Below are positions 1 to 9,215 of a DNA stretch of 63,836 nt, piece by piece. A program made the position numbers and the translations under genes. Position 1 is the first letter of the stretch, and every line of letters begins with the position of its first letter. The notes beneath the pieces are model-generated. The model was given only the letters and a program-made list of their open reading frames with translations. It was not told the origin of the DNA and did not search any database. This DNA is from an uncultured Gammaproteobacteria bacterium (GTDB lineage Bacteria; Patescibacteriota; Microgenomatia; Daviesbacterales; UBA10151), in assembly GCA_964405065.1 (NCBI GenBank), contig CAYOMO010000001.1, positions 1 to 63,836 of the forward strand, written 5' to 3'.

Positions 1-1
1 T

Positions 2-310
2 CAATTTGATTGGCAAGATGTCATAAAAAAGCCAATTGGTGAATTTATGAGTAGATATTTTGCTCATCGAGGATTTGAAGATGGTTTACATGGATTAGCG
101 TTATCTTTATTACAAGCTTTTTCTCATTTAGTGATGATTCTTAAAGTCTGGGAAGCAACCCAGTTTGAGAAGAAACAGCTTGGTTATGAAGAGGTGGTTG
201 GTTTGATGAAAACTCAAGGAGAAGAGCTACATTATTGGTTTAAGTATTCCAATCTGTCAAAAAACCCTTTAAAACGAACCTTACAAAAAGTAAAAAACAA
301 GTTGTTTTAA
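2..310 (+). CDS. C-terminal fragment of a family-2 glycosyltransferase (5' end lies upstream of the window)
   Basis: Frame 2 is open from nt 2; QFDWQDVIKKPIGEF precedes the tracked Met at 47. The tail GLHGLALSLLQAFSHLVMILKVWE aligns by eye with the C-terminal tails of the GT2 proteins at 2760-3563 (GSVGVIDSLMQTFFLLTSYVRLWE) and 18611-19468. Confidence 0.55.
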   Translation, partial: QFDWQDVIKKPIGEFMSRYFAHRGFEDGLHGLALSLLQAFSHLVMILKVWEATQFEKKQLGYEEVVGLMKTQGEELHYWFKYSNLSKNPLKRTLQKVKNKLF

Positions 311-333
311 CCTGTCTAAAATTGGATTGATGC

Positions 334-2760
334 ATGCAAATATATTTTCGATCTAAGTATTTCCCCTATATCGTTGGGATTTTTCTGCTTACTTTAGTAA
401 CGGTGGGTCTGTTTTGGCCTTTTTTTGGAAAAGGGGAGATACCAATTCCGGGGGATATATTAATAGGGACTTATTATCCTTGGATAAATGAAACATGGGG
501 ATTTGCTGTTTCACCTCCGGTCAAAAATCCGCCTATGTCAGATGTGGTGTCTTTGATGTACCCGTGGAGAAAACTGGCTTATGATTACATTAGATCTGGT
601 CAGTTTCCTTTATGGGATGCCAATTCTTTTTTGGGACAGAGTCTGATTGGCAATTTTCAGGCTGGACTATTCAATCCGTTTAATATTTTATTTTTTCTGC
701 CGATTTCTTTTCAGATAGCTTGGGGTTGGCAGGTGGTTTTTCAACCATTTTTAGCCATGTGTTTTAGTTTCATTTTATTTAAACGATGGAAACTACAGTT
801 ACCAGCAGCAATTGCTGGCGCATTGGGGTATGGAATTTCAGGACCGATGCTTGTCTGGATGGAATACAATGTGCTGGGATTTTTGATAGCTTTGTTACCG
901 CTGTCACTATTAGTCGTAGATGTTTTTATTCAACAATCGAAAGCTCGTTTTCTACTGGGAATCAGTTTGGTGACCACTTTGGGAATATTTTTTGGCTATA
1001 TTCAGATGCTGTATTATGTGCTTTTTTTCTCATTTCTTTATGGGTTGGTTCTATCATATTCAAAAAAACAACCTTATTTGATTGTTCTTAAATGGGGTGT
1101 AATTTTTTGTTGTAGTGTTTTGCTAGGACTTTGTTTGGCGAGTATTCAGCTATTACCTGGCTTTGAGACGCTAGGTTTGTCGATACGTAATCTGGATGTG
1201 GTTGCGACTGGAAATGCCGTTACTTTTTTACCCTATTCTCAGTTAATAACTGGGTTGGTCGCAGATTTTTTTGGTAATCCTGCCACCTACAACTATTTTG
1301 GATCGGGATCTTATGAATCCTTTGCTTTTTATACCAGTATTGCTCTATTGCCATTTATCTTTTGGTCTTATGCTGATTCTTCACGAAGAAGATTGTCTAT
1401 TGTGATGACATTATTTGTTGCTGGAAGTTTACTTTTAGCTTTGTCAGGACCAGTATCCTGGCTAGTACAGTCATTGTCATTTTTAGGATTAAAAGGTTCT
1501 GTCAGTAGTCGGGTCTTATTTATTTTTAGTTTTGGGTTTAGTGCTTTAGGGGCTTTAGGTCTTCAAGCTGTTTTAGATCAAAAAAATAAAATTTTTCAAT
1601 TTAAAAGCTGTATTGGTTTGGCAACAATAAGTGGGATATTACTGGGTGTAATAATTGTTTGGCTTTGGTTTTACCAGTTGGCTGCATCCGTAGAATACAA
1701 AGAGTTTTTACTAGTTCATCTGAGCACAATTAAAATTGCTTTTAGGAATACTTTATTGCCAATTGGGATATGTTTTATTGCTACGGTCACTTTATTTTTA
1801 ATTCGAAGATTTAGACTGGCTGCATGGGTGATTGCTTTGCTAATTGTGGTGGATATGTTTCGTTTTTCAAGTAAATATGTCCCTTTTACTGCAGAAAATT
1901 TGGTTTTTCCCGAGACGAAAACTACTCAATATCTAAAAAGTATTTCATTGCCTTATAGGATAGGTATTGAAAAAGCAGAGTTGCTTACGGCTAATACCTG
2001 GAGTGTTTATAACTTACAAAGTATAACTGGATATAATATTTTGCTACCCCGTTCGACGGCTGATTTTGTAAGTGTTTTAAACAATGGAAAAACTGGTGAA
2101 GAAAATGCTAGATTTTTGGATATCAAAAATTTTGACTCAACGTTGCTTGATCAAGCCAATGTCGAATATATATTGACTTTGAAAAGAGAGTTGGGGTCTC
2201 CAAATGCCAGTGGTAAATTGAGTCATTTGATAGATACAGATAAATATCAAATTGTTTTTCAAGAGGGCCCAGTTGTGGTATTGAAAAATAAATTGAGTCT
2301 CGATCGGTTTTTTATTCCTAAAAAAGTGGAGTATGCAGATAAGCTACAGATTTATCAGTCTTTGGCAGAGTCAGGATATGATCCTAATACCGTTTTTGTT
2401 GATCGGCTAACTCAATCTATTAATACTGTTCTGGCCCAATGTGAGATAAAGCTACAGAGCTATCGTCAACAAAGCTATGATTTTCAGTCAGATTGCTCAG
2501 GATCTTCTTTGCTTGCAGTGAGTGAGACTTTTCAACCTGGTTGGAAAGTGAAAGTAAATGGTGAGAAGGAGAAGTTATTTAAAATTAACAACCAATTTCT
2601 GGGGATCCCTTTGTCAGCCGGAAAATCCCAGATTACATTGTATTATTTACCGGATACTTTTTTGATAGGAGCTGTGATGAGTGGAATAGGTTTAGTTATA
2701 ATATGTGTATTGTGGTTCTATTTGCCTAAGCTAAAGATGGTATTATTAACTAAACCATAA
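334..2760 (+). CDS. Large polytopic membrane protein, YfhO-like GT-C glycosyltransferase candidate
   Basis: 808-aa ORF. Many hydrophobic segments over the first ~520 aa, then a soluble domain and a final TM (IGAVMSGIGLVIICVLWFYL). The C-terminal block FQPGWKVKVNGEKEKLFKINNQFLGIPLSAGKSQITLYYLP is the pattern I associate with YfhO-family proteins. Family call by eye only. Confidence 0.65.
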   Translation: MQIYFRSKYFPYIVGIFLLTLVTVGLFWPFFGKGEIPIPGDILIGTYYPWINETWGFAVSPPVKNPPMSDVVSLMYPWRKLAYDYIRSGQFPLWDANSFLGQSLIGNFQAGLFNPFNILFFLPISFQIAWGWQVVFQPFLAMCFSFILFKRWKLQLPAAIAGALGYGISGPMLVWMEYNVLGFLIALLPLSLLVVDVFIQQSKARFLLGISLVTTLGIFFGYIQMLYYVLFFSFLYGLVLSYSKKQPYLIVLKWGVIFCCSVLLGLCLASIQLLPGFETLGLSIRNLDVVATGNAVTFLPYSQLITGLVADFFGNPATYNYFGSGSYESFAFYTSIALLPFIFWSYADSSRRRLSIVMTLFVAGSLLLALSGPVSWLVQSLSFLGLKGSVSSRVLFIFSFGFSALGALGLQAVLDQKNKIFQFKSCIGLATISGILLGVIIVWLWFYQLAASVEYKEFLLVHLSTIKIAFRNTLLPIGICFIATVTLFLIRRFRLAAWVIALLIVVDMFRFSSKYVPFTAENLVFPETKTTQYLKSISLPYRIGIEKAELLTANTWSVYNLQSITGYNILLPRSTADFVSVLNNGKTGEENARFLDIKNFDSTLLDQANVEYILTLKRELGSPNASGKLSHLIDTDKYQIVFQEGPVVVLKNKLSLDRFFIPKKVEYADKLQIYQSLAESGYDPNTVFVDRLTQSINTVLAQCEIKLQSYRQQSYDFQSDCSGSSLLAVSETFQPGWKVKVNGEKEKLFKINNQFLGIPLSAGKSQITLYYLPDTFLIGAVMSGIGLVIICVLWFYLPKLKMVLLTKP

Positions 2761-3563
2761 TGTTAAGTGTCATTATTATTACTAAAAATGAAGAGAGTCG
2801 GATCAAAGCCTGTTTAGAGTCGGTGAAATGGGCCAATGAAATTATTGTTGTAGATCAAGGTTCAACAGATAAAACACTCGAAATAGCTAAGCAATATGAT
2901 GCCAAAATTTTTCATAGTGACAGCACTGATTTTTCCGAGAGGCGCAATTTAGGGGCTGAAAAAGCTTCAGGTGACTGGTTGTTGTATATCGATGCTGATG
3001 AGAGAGTTTCCTCAGATCTAAAAGATGAATTATTTAGTATTTTTGAAGATTCTAGATTTACCGCTTACGCTATTTCTCGTAGAAATTTTATTTGGGGCGA
3101 GGAAAAAAAATATGGGCCATTTTATCCAGACTGGGTAATTCGGCTTCTGCATAAAGCCCATTTTAAAAAATGGGTAGGGAAAGTTCATGAATATCCACAA
3201 TTTGATGGAGAGATTGGATATACCAAAAACTCATTTATTCATCTGACTCATCGAAATGTTGATCAAGTGATTATGAAAAATCTGCAGTGGAGCAAAATTG
3301 ATGCCAAACTGCGTTTTGATGCTCATCATCCGCAAATGAGCGGTTGGAGGTTTTTACGAATTTTTATTACCGAAACCTGGAATCAAGGGATAGTCAGAAA
3401 AGGATTTTTTAATGGTTCAGTTGGAGTAATAGACTCTCTCATGCAGACATTTTTCTTGCTCACTAGTTATGTGAGACTTTGGGAGATGCAACAGAAAAAA
3501 CCGTTGGATCAGATATATGATGATTTAGATAGAAAACTAATTGATAATCACTTTAAGCTGTGA
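2760..3563 (+). CDS. Glycosyltransferase family 2 (GT-A fold)
   Basis: 267 aa. Carries LSVIIITKNEESRIKACLESV and VVDQGSTDKT nucleotide-binding signatures and a DADE (DxD) motif. The start overlaps the upstream stop (TAATG). Paralogous to 18611-19468. Confidence 0.85.
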   Translation: MLSVIIITKNEESRIKACLESVKWANEIIVVDQGSTDKTLEIAKQYDAKIFHSDSTDFSERRNLGAEKASGDWLLYIDADERVSSDLKDELFSIFEDSRFTAYAISRRNFIWGEEKKYGPFYPDWVIRLLHKAHFKKWVGKVHEYPQFDGEIGYTKNSFIHLTHRNVDQVIMKNLQWSKIDAKLRFDAHHPQMSGWRFLRIFITETWNQGIVRKGFFNGSVGVIDSLMQTFFLLTSYVRLWEMQQKKPLDQIYDDLDRKLIDNHFKL

Positions 3564-3670
3564 AGTGAGAAGTTAGATGTGTGAATCTGGAAGAAGAAGT
3601 GAGAGATGCGATAATCCTACATCACATTTCAAGAATCTATTTTCACATTTCCCACTTCTTACTTCTTTTT
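3562..3670 (+). repeat. Long imperfect inverted repeat followed by T5 (possible terminator/attenuator or structured RNA)
   Basis: The left arm GAAGTGAGAAGTTAGATGTGTGAA (3562-3585) pairs with the right arm TTCACATTTCCCACTTCTTACTTC (3642-3665). That gives 19 Watson-Crick pairs plus 2 G-U out of 24 positions. TTTTT follows at 3666-3670. Confidence 0.4.
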
Positions 3671-3680
3671 GGAATTAACA

Positions 3681-4757
3681 ATGAAAATCGCAGTATTTAG
3701 TCCTTATTTAGATACCAAAGGTGGTGGAGAGCGGTATATTTTAACCGTGGCTGCTATTTATTCTGAACATCATGAGGTCGATTTGCTTTTACCGACACAT
3801 TTACATAATTTACATCCCGAACAGTATAAAAAAGATGTTTCGGAAAGACTGGCAATTGATTTAAGCAAAGTGACTTTTGTACATGCTCCAATTGGTGTTG
3901 GTAGTAAAACAATGGATAGATACTTTTTTTTGCGCAGATACGATCTGCTATTTGCTGTGACGGATGGGAGTTTGTTTTTAGCTTCAAGCAAAAGAAATAT
4001 TTTGCATATTCAAACACCTCTTGATGTTCATCCCTCGGTAAGTAAATGGGGGAGAGTTAAGTTAAAAAGTTGGCATCAGATCATCTATAACTCAGAATTT
4101 ACCAAAAAGCATTCTCAAAAAAATTGGCCTTTGCCTTCGAAAGTAATTTATCCGCCAGTTGAGATTGAGCAAAGACATAAACTGGAGAAGAAGAATATTA
4201 TTTTGTCGGTTGGTCGGTTTTTTGGGTTTTTGAGGGAGAAAAAACATCAGATGATGATAGAGACGTTTGCCAAAATGGTTGAGCAGGGAAAAATTAAAGG
4301 CTGGGATTTGTATTTGGTAGGCTCCATGGAAGAAGGAGATCAGGAATATATCAATGAGTTGAAGTCTCTTGCTACTGGTTTACCAGTGATGATTTTGCCC
4401 AATATTTCTCACGAAGATTTAAAACATCTGTATGGGCTTTCGAAAATATATTGGCATGCCATGGGATATGGTGAAACTGATCCAACTAAAATGGAACACT
4501 TTGGAATTACGACAGTTGAGGCGATGTCAGCTGGGGTTGTACCTGTTGTGATCAGAAAAGGTGGTCAGATAGAGATTGTTGAAGAAGACAAGAGTGGATT
4601 ATTTTGGGAAACTGAGGGAGAATTAATAGAAGAGACTAAGAAATTGGTAGCTGATTCAAAGAAATTAGAACAACTTTCGACTGGAGCTGTCGAAAGAGCG
4701 CAAATGTTTAGTCAGGAACGCTTCATGAAGGAAATATTAGCTTTAATACATGATTAG
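3681..4757 (+). CDS. Glycosyltransferase family 4 (GT-B, Glycos_transf_1 type)
   Basis: ATG at 3681 (MKIAVFSPYLDTKGGGE) is preferred over the tracked TTG at 3669. EHFGITTVEAMSAGVVPVV is the E-x7-E motif of retaining GT-B enzymes. Confidence 0.85.
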   Translation: MKIAVFSPYLDTKGGGERYILTVAAIYSEHHEVDLLLPTHLHNLHPEQYKKDVSERLAIDLSKVTFVHAPIGVGSKTMDRYFFLRRYDLLFAVTDGSLFLASSKRNILHIQTPLDVHPSVSKWGRVKLKSWHQIIYNSEFTKKHSQKNWPLPSKVIYPPVEIEQRHKLEKKNIILSVGRFFGFLREKKHQMMIETFAKMVEQGKIKGWDLYLVGSMEEGDQEYINELKSLATGLPVMILPNISHEDLKHLYGLSKIYWHAMGYGETDPTKMEHFGITTVEAMSAGVVPVVIRKGGQIEIVEEDKSGLFWETEGELIEETKKLVADSKKLEQLSTGAVERAQMFSQERFMKEILALIHD

Positions 4758-6009
4758 ATTGTCGAATTTTAAAATTTGGTGGTTGCTTATCCCCGCTGTT
4801 ATGGTGAGGGTGTTTTTAGCGATGTCCACTTTTCATCCGGATGTTCGGGCTTTTAATCTGGCTGGTGATCTTATTGGTGGAGGTAATATTACAAATTTGT
4901 ATGATTATTTAGCTTCATGTACTGTGGATAATCCTTTAGTTAAAACATTTGGGGCTGATTTGTTTATTTATCCGCCACTGATTTATTTATTGCATGGAAT
5001 TTTTAATGTGTTTTTTTCATTTATTTTTGGAAAAGAAATAATGAATGGTTTTATGATCGAACAGGCATCATATTTTGGTAATTGGTTGTTTAATTTACAT
5101 TTGTTACTTCTTAAAATGCCATATTTTTTCTTTGATCTACCAGTTGTTTTTGCAATTACAAGTTTTTTTGAAAAAAAGCAGGAAAAAGTATGGGCAGCAC
5201 TTTTGTGGTTGTTTAACCCGGTTATTTTGTATTCAGGTTATATGATGGGGCAATTTGATCTGATTCCGGCTGTTTTAACTATTTATTCGCTTTGGTGTAT
5301 TAGAAAGAAAAAGCTTTATTTTGCGGCACTTTTGTTGGGATTGGCTGCTGCATTTAAACTCTACCCACTTTTTCTTGTTGTTCCTTTTATTATAATTGGT
5401 AAAAACTGGAAAGAAAAAATTTATTTAGGTAGTTTGGCTCTTTTGCCTTATATCCTGTCAATTATTCCTTTTCTTTCATCACATGGATTTAGAACATATG
5501 CTTTGATGGCAGGTCTGACTCAAAAAACATTGTATGCTCAAATACCAGTCTCCGGTGGTGAAAGTTTAATTTTATTTCCCTTATTACTTTTGGTGATGTA
5601 TTTTTATTTTTGGTTTTATGACAGATCAGTCGAAAGAATATGGCAAAGATGGTTTGTAGTTTTACTTAGTTTTTTCATTTTTACTCACTTTCATCCCCAA
5701 TGGCTAAGTTGGTTGGCACCATTTTTAGTTATCGAAGTAGTGAGTTTCCGATTTAAAACAGTATTACCTCATGTTTTTTTGGCGTTAAGTTTTATTGGTA
5801 TGATCTTTATGTTTGATCCTTCATTGACAGTGAAAATTTTTGCGCCACTTTTTCCGGCTTTGTATGCACTTCCAGGAACTTGGCAAGAATTGGGAATTAG
5901 AGTTGATGAGGTCTATATCAGAAGTATTTTACAGACTGTCTTTGCTTCAGCTTGTGTTTTTTATATTTATTTGTATTTTGCAAAGAAGTTACCTGAAAAA
6001 GCAGAATAA
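4750..6009 (+). CDS. Polytopic membrane protein, DUF2029/GT87-like GT-C candidate
   Basis: 419 aa with ~10 hydrophobic segments. LFNPVILYSGYMMGQFDLIPAV followed by LLGLAAAFKLYPLF mirrors LINPAVIYVASVWGQTDLIQNL and FAGIALMTKHTILL in the next gene (shared NPxxIxxxxxxGQxDLI motif). Overlaps the upstream gene by 8 nt. Confidence 0.55.
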   Translation: MIRLSNFKIWWLLIPAVMVRVFLAMSTFHPDVRAFNLAGDLIGGGNITNLYDYLASCTVDNPLVKTFGADLFIYPPLIYLLHGIFNVFFSFIFGKEIMNGFMIEQASYFGNWLFNLHLLLLKMPYFFFDLPVVFAITSFFEKKQEKVWAALLWLFNPVILYSGYMMGQFDLIPAVLTIYSLWCIRKKKLYFAALLLGLAAAFKLYPLFLVVPFIIIGKNWKEKIYLGSLALLPYILSIIPFLSSHGFRTYALMAGLTQKTLYAQIPVSGGESLILFPLLLLVMYFYFWFYDRSVERIWQRWFVVLLSFFIFTHFHPQWLSWLAPFLVIEVVSFRFKTVLPHVFLALSFIGMIFMFDPSLTVKIFAPLFPALYALPGTWQELGIRVDEVYIRSILQTVFASACVFYIYLYFAKKLPEKAE

Positions 6010-6028
6010 TTGTTGAATTATTTTATTG

Positions 6029-6071
6029 TTAAATTGTTGTTCACACAGTTCATGCGCAGCTAACAATTTAA
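6029..6071 (+). repeat. Inverted repeat TTAAATTGTT / AACAATTTAA in the intergenic region
   Basis: TTAAATTGTT (6029-6038) and its exact reverse complement AACAATTTAA (6062-6071) flank a 23-nt GC-richer loop. A further AATTTAACAAT copy lies at 6091-6101. Confidence 0.4.
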
Positions 6072-6116
6072 TAAGTGAGCTTACGCTCTTAATTTAACAA
6101 TCTAACAATAATTACA

Positions 6117-7424
6117 ATGAAAACAATTCCATTTATCGGATTTCTCCTTATATCTTTTGTTTTGTATTTTTTAATTAGCTTGCCTATTTATTCTGGAGAT
6201 GTTAAGAATCATGTTGCTTGGGGGGAAAGTTTATTGATTCAGGGTTCGTATGGTTTTTTTGATCGAACTTTTCCAGGGTTTTCATTTCCCACATATCCGC
6301 CTTTGATCATGTTTTCTTTTGCCGCTAGCTGGGGATTGTATCAACTAGCTTTAAGCAGTACTTATTTTCTGAATTCTTTTTTATCAATTTTCCCATCTGG
6401 ATTGGTACCATGGATGGAATGGGAAAATGTCTGGATCTCTTTTTTGAAATTGCCGGGACTTTTGGGAGCTATTGCTTTTGCTGGAGTTTTACCGTGGGTT
6501 TTAAAAAAAACTGGTGAAACTCAATCAATCAAAAATAAATACCTTATTGCTTTTTTATTGCTGATAAATCCGGCGGTGATTTATGTGGCTTCAGTTTGGG
6601 GACAAACCGATCTGATTCAAAATTTATTTTTAGTCCTAGCTTTAGGATTTACTTTCTCTAAAAAGTTTTGGTGGGCATTTATTTTTGCTGGAATTGCCTT
6701 GATGACAAAACATACCATTTTATTGCTTTGGGGAGTGTATATGTTTTATCTGCTGAAAGAGTTTGGTGTTAAAAAAATGTTGCAGGGGATAGGAGTGTCG
6801 TTGATTATTTTTTATCTGTCCTATCTGCCTTTTCATTCTCCATCGCTAATCTGGCCGCTGCAATTTTATTACTCCAATTTTACTCTGGTCGATTTTGGAG
6901 TAGCTGAGAATGCACTTAATATGTGGGGAGCTATTATTGATTTTGGTATGGCTCCTTCAAGTTCTTTTGCAGGAATAAGTTATGACCTTTGGGGATATTT
7001 GTTATTTACTGTCTTTGTACTACCAATAACTTTATTATTTTACTTTAAGAAAACAACCAAATATCAGCTTTTTCAATATTTATTTTTAATTTCAGGTTTT
7101 TACTTTTTCTTTTTTACCAGAATGCATGAACGATATATGATCCCGGTCGTTTTATTTGCCACCATTCTGGTTTGCTTTAAACAGAAGAAAATTTTGATGA
7201 TTAATAACTGGATTAATTTTCTTTTCTTTACTTTTTTGCACTTTATAAATGTCTACCGAGGACTTTTTCAACCAACAATTCCAATTATTTATGATCTCAC
7301 CAAATCACATCAATTTTTGCTATTTTTGGTTATTGGATATGGTGTTTTGATGATGTACAACTACACTACCTTTTTGCAAGAATTACAGAGGTCACCAAAA
7401 AGAGAGAAATTGATAAAATGGTAA
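6117..7424 (+). CDS. Polytopic membrane protein, DUF2029/ALG-like GT-C candidate (paralog of 4750-6009)
   Basis: 435 aa and multi-TM. Carries the GQTDLI motif, FPTYPPLIM, and a late HERYMIPV motif reminiscent of eukaryote-type lumenal mannosyl/glucosyltransferases. Call by eye only. Confidence 0.55.
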   Translation: MKTIPFIGFLLISFVLYFLISLPIYSGDVKNHVAWGESLLIQGSYGFFDRTFPGFSFPTYPPLIMFSFAASWGLYQLALSSTYFLNSFLSIFPSGLVPWMEWENVWISFLKLPGLLGAIAFAGVLPWVLKKTGETQSIKNKYLIAFLLLINPAVIYVASVWGQTDLIQNLFLVLALGFTFSKKFWWAFIFAGIALMTKHTILLLWGVYMFYLLKEFGVKKMLQGIGVSLIIFYLSYLPFHSPSLIWPLQFYYSNFTLVDFGVAENALNMWGAIIDFGMAPSSSFAGISYDLWGYLLFTVFVLPITLLFYFKKTTKYQLFQYLFLISGFYFFFFTRMHERYMIPVVLFATILVCFKQKKILMINNWINFLFFTFLHFINVYRGLFQPTIPIIYDLTKSHQFLLFLVIGYGVLMMYNYTTFLQELQRSPKREKLIKW

Positions 7425-7433
7425 ATTATTAAT

Positions 7434-9179
7434 ATGACAGCTTTTTCTAAATTATATTTAGGTATATTCACCTTTGTGATTATTGTATGTTTAGCGACTT
7501 TTTTGCGGGTTTATCAGTTAAATATTAATCCACCTTCTTTGTTTGGTGATGAAGTTGATGTCGGGTATCAGGCTTATTCTCTATTAACAACCGGCAAAGA
7601 TGTCAGTGGGCGAACCCTGCCTTTATATTTAAAGTCATTAACTGAGTATCGGGCCTCTTTTTACATCTATTCAGCTGTGCCTTTTGTGGGGATTTTTGGG
7701 TTGAATGAATGGGGTGTTAGGTTGCCTGCAGCTTTTTGGGGAGTTGTATCACTGGTCGGTTTGTTTCTGCTGACTCGCAAACTTTTTAATACCTATGTGG
7801 GACTCGCGGCAATGTTTTTGATGGCGATATCCCCCTGGCATTTGCAGTATTCCAGAGGCTCTTTTGAAGTGACGATGCTGTTGTCATTTTTACTGTTTGC
7901 CAGTTGGTTAACATTGTTGGGTTTAAAGAAAGGGTATTATTTAATTCCGGCGGCTCTTTTATTTGGTGCTTCTTTCTATATTTATTCAACAGCAGCAGTG
8001 TTTGTCCCACTTTTAATACTTTTGATTGGCGGGATTTATCTCAACAATAAGTCAGCTTTAAAACAAGTCGGTTGGAAATGGTTGGGTACTGGGATTTTAG
8101 TGGGTGCGATTGTTTTGTCTGGGGTCGTGTTATCAATTTTTAGTGGACAAGCTACCAATCGTTTTTCCGGTATTAGTATTTTTACCGATTCGGTTTTATT
8201 GGACAAGATTAATTTGGCCAGAACAAACTTGGGTTACTATACACCTGAAGGTCAATTTGTTACAGGTAATCAGACCGTAGAATCATTTTTCCACAATAAA
8301 CCAACTGTGTATCTTCAGGTGTTTGCCACCAATTATTCCAAAGCTTTGTCGTTTAATTTCCTCTTTTCAGAGGGTGATATTAATTTCAGACAATCAATTC
8401 ATGAGATGGGGGAGCTGTATTATTTTGAGATTATTTTATTGATAGCTGGTATCTGGTATCTCGTATATAGGGAAGATAGAAGGAAAGCTTGGTTTGTATT
8501 TGGATGGCTGCTTTTGGCGCCGATTCCGGCATCTCTCACAGCTGATGGTGGCTATCATGCGACTCGTCTGTTTATTATGCTACCACCTTTGGTGATGTTA
8601 AATGCTTTAGGTCTGGTGTTTTTAGTGGAGTGGGTTTTGAAGATGGAAAAGAGGAAATTAGGAGGATTAGTGGGATTAGGTATCTTAAGCGTAATAATGG
8701 TTTTGAATATGACTTTTTATTTTCATCGATACTATGAGCATTATCCGGTGGAGTCATGGCGATGGTGGCATGTTGGATTTAAAGAGGCGATGCAGTATAT
8801 AGCCGAGCATGAAGATGAGTACGAGAAAGTTTTCTTTAATAATACCTATGAACCATCTTTGGGACGATATCTGATGTGGACCCAGGCTGATCCACGCAGG
8901 ATTCAGTCGCAATTTAATGATTTGCAAGCTAAAGATAATATTGTCGAAGGATTTCATGGATTTGTCTTTGACAAGAAATATTACTTTGGCACCACAGCCA
9001 AACAGTACGAAGTGGATAAGCTTTTGAAGCCAGGATATCTCTATCTGGTGGCGGCCAGAGACGAAGTTCAGGGAGACTGGGATTGGAGCAAAACCCCACC
9101 TCCAGCTGGTGTGAAAGTGCTTAAAACTGTAGTTAACCCTCAAGGGGCTCCGATATTCTACGTCGTAACTAAGCAATAA
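7434..9179 (+). CDS. PMT/ArnT-like GT-C glycosyltransferase (GT39/GT83-type), paralog 1 of 6
   Basis: 581 aa. Loop-1 GDEVDVGYQAYSLLTTGKD carries the Asp-Glu pair. NEWGVRLPAAFWG, SPWHLQYSRG and LLAPIPASLT blocks are shared with the five other copies. Has a C-terminal ~170-aa soluble domain. Confidence 0.85.
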   Translation: MTAFSKLYLGIFTFVIIVCLATFLRVYQLNINPPSLFGDEVDVGYQAYSLLTTGKDVSGRTLPLYLKSLTEYRASFYIYSAVPFVGIFGLNEWGVRLPAAFWGVVSLVGLFLLTRKLFNTYVGLAAMFLMAISPWHLQYSRGSFEVTMLLSFLLFASWLTLLGLKKGYYLIPAALLFGASFYIYSTAAVFVPLLILLIGGIYLNNKSALKQVGWKWLGTGILVGAIVLSGVVLSIFSGQATNRFSGISIFTDSVLLDKINLARTNLGYYTPEGQFVTGNQTVESFFHNKPTVYLQVFATNYSKALSFNFLFSEGDINFRQSIHEMGELYYFEIILLIAGIWYLVYREDRRKAWFVFGWLLLAPIPASLTADGGYHATRLFIMLPPLVMLNALGLVFLVEWVLKMEKRKLGGLVGLGILSVIMVLNMTFYFHRYYEHYPVESWRWWHVGFKEAMQYIAEHEDEYEKVFFNNTYEPSLGRYLMWTQADPRRIQSQFNDLQAKDNIVEGFHGFVFDKKYYFGTTAKQYEVDKLLKPGYLYLVAARDEVQGDWDWSKTPPPAGVKVLKTVVNPQGAPIFYVVTKQ

Positions 9180-9215
9180 TTACGTTACTTCATAATCAGC
9201 TAGCATGACTGTTTA

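Noticed and set aside
8754-9176. A 140-aa minus-strand ORF, together with many other 60-100-aa tracked ORFs. Examples: 786-1091, 3754-4017, 3770-3991, 7786-8010, 8575-8757, 9441-9695, 9995-10177, 11146-11385, 11399-11602, 12549-12752, 15549-15731, 16823-17017, 17611-17883, 18620-18902, 20314-20508, 28889-29071, 33950-34156, 38183-38464, 38886-39158, 40405-40707, 41997-42194, 42649-42849, 43334-43531, 51348-51694, 52329-52568, 53876-54103, 56625-57090, 57615-58108 and 62122-62346.
   Set aside because: All lie inside, or antisense to, long ORFs with family-specific motifs. Their translations are low-complexity with no recognisable domains. They are expected shadow ORFs in AT-rich DNA.
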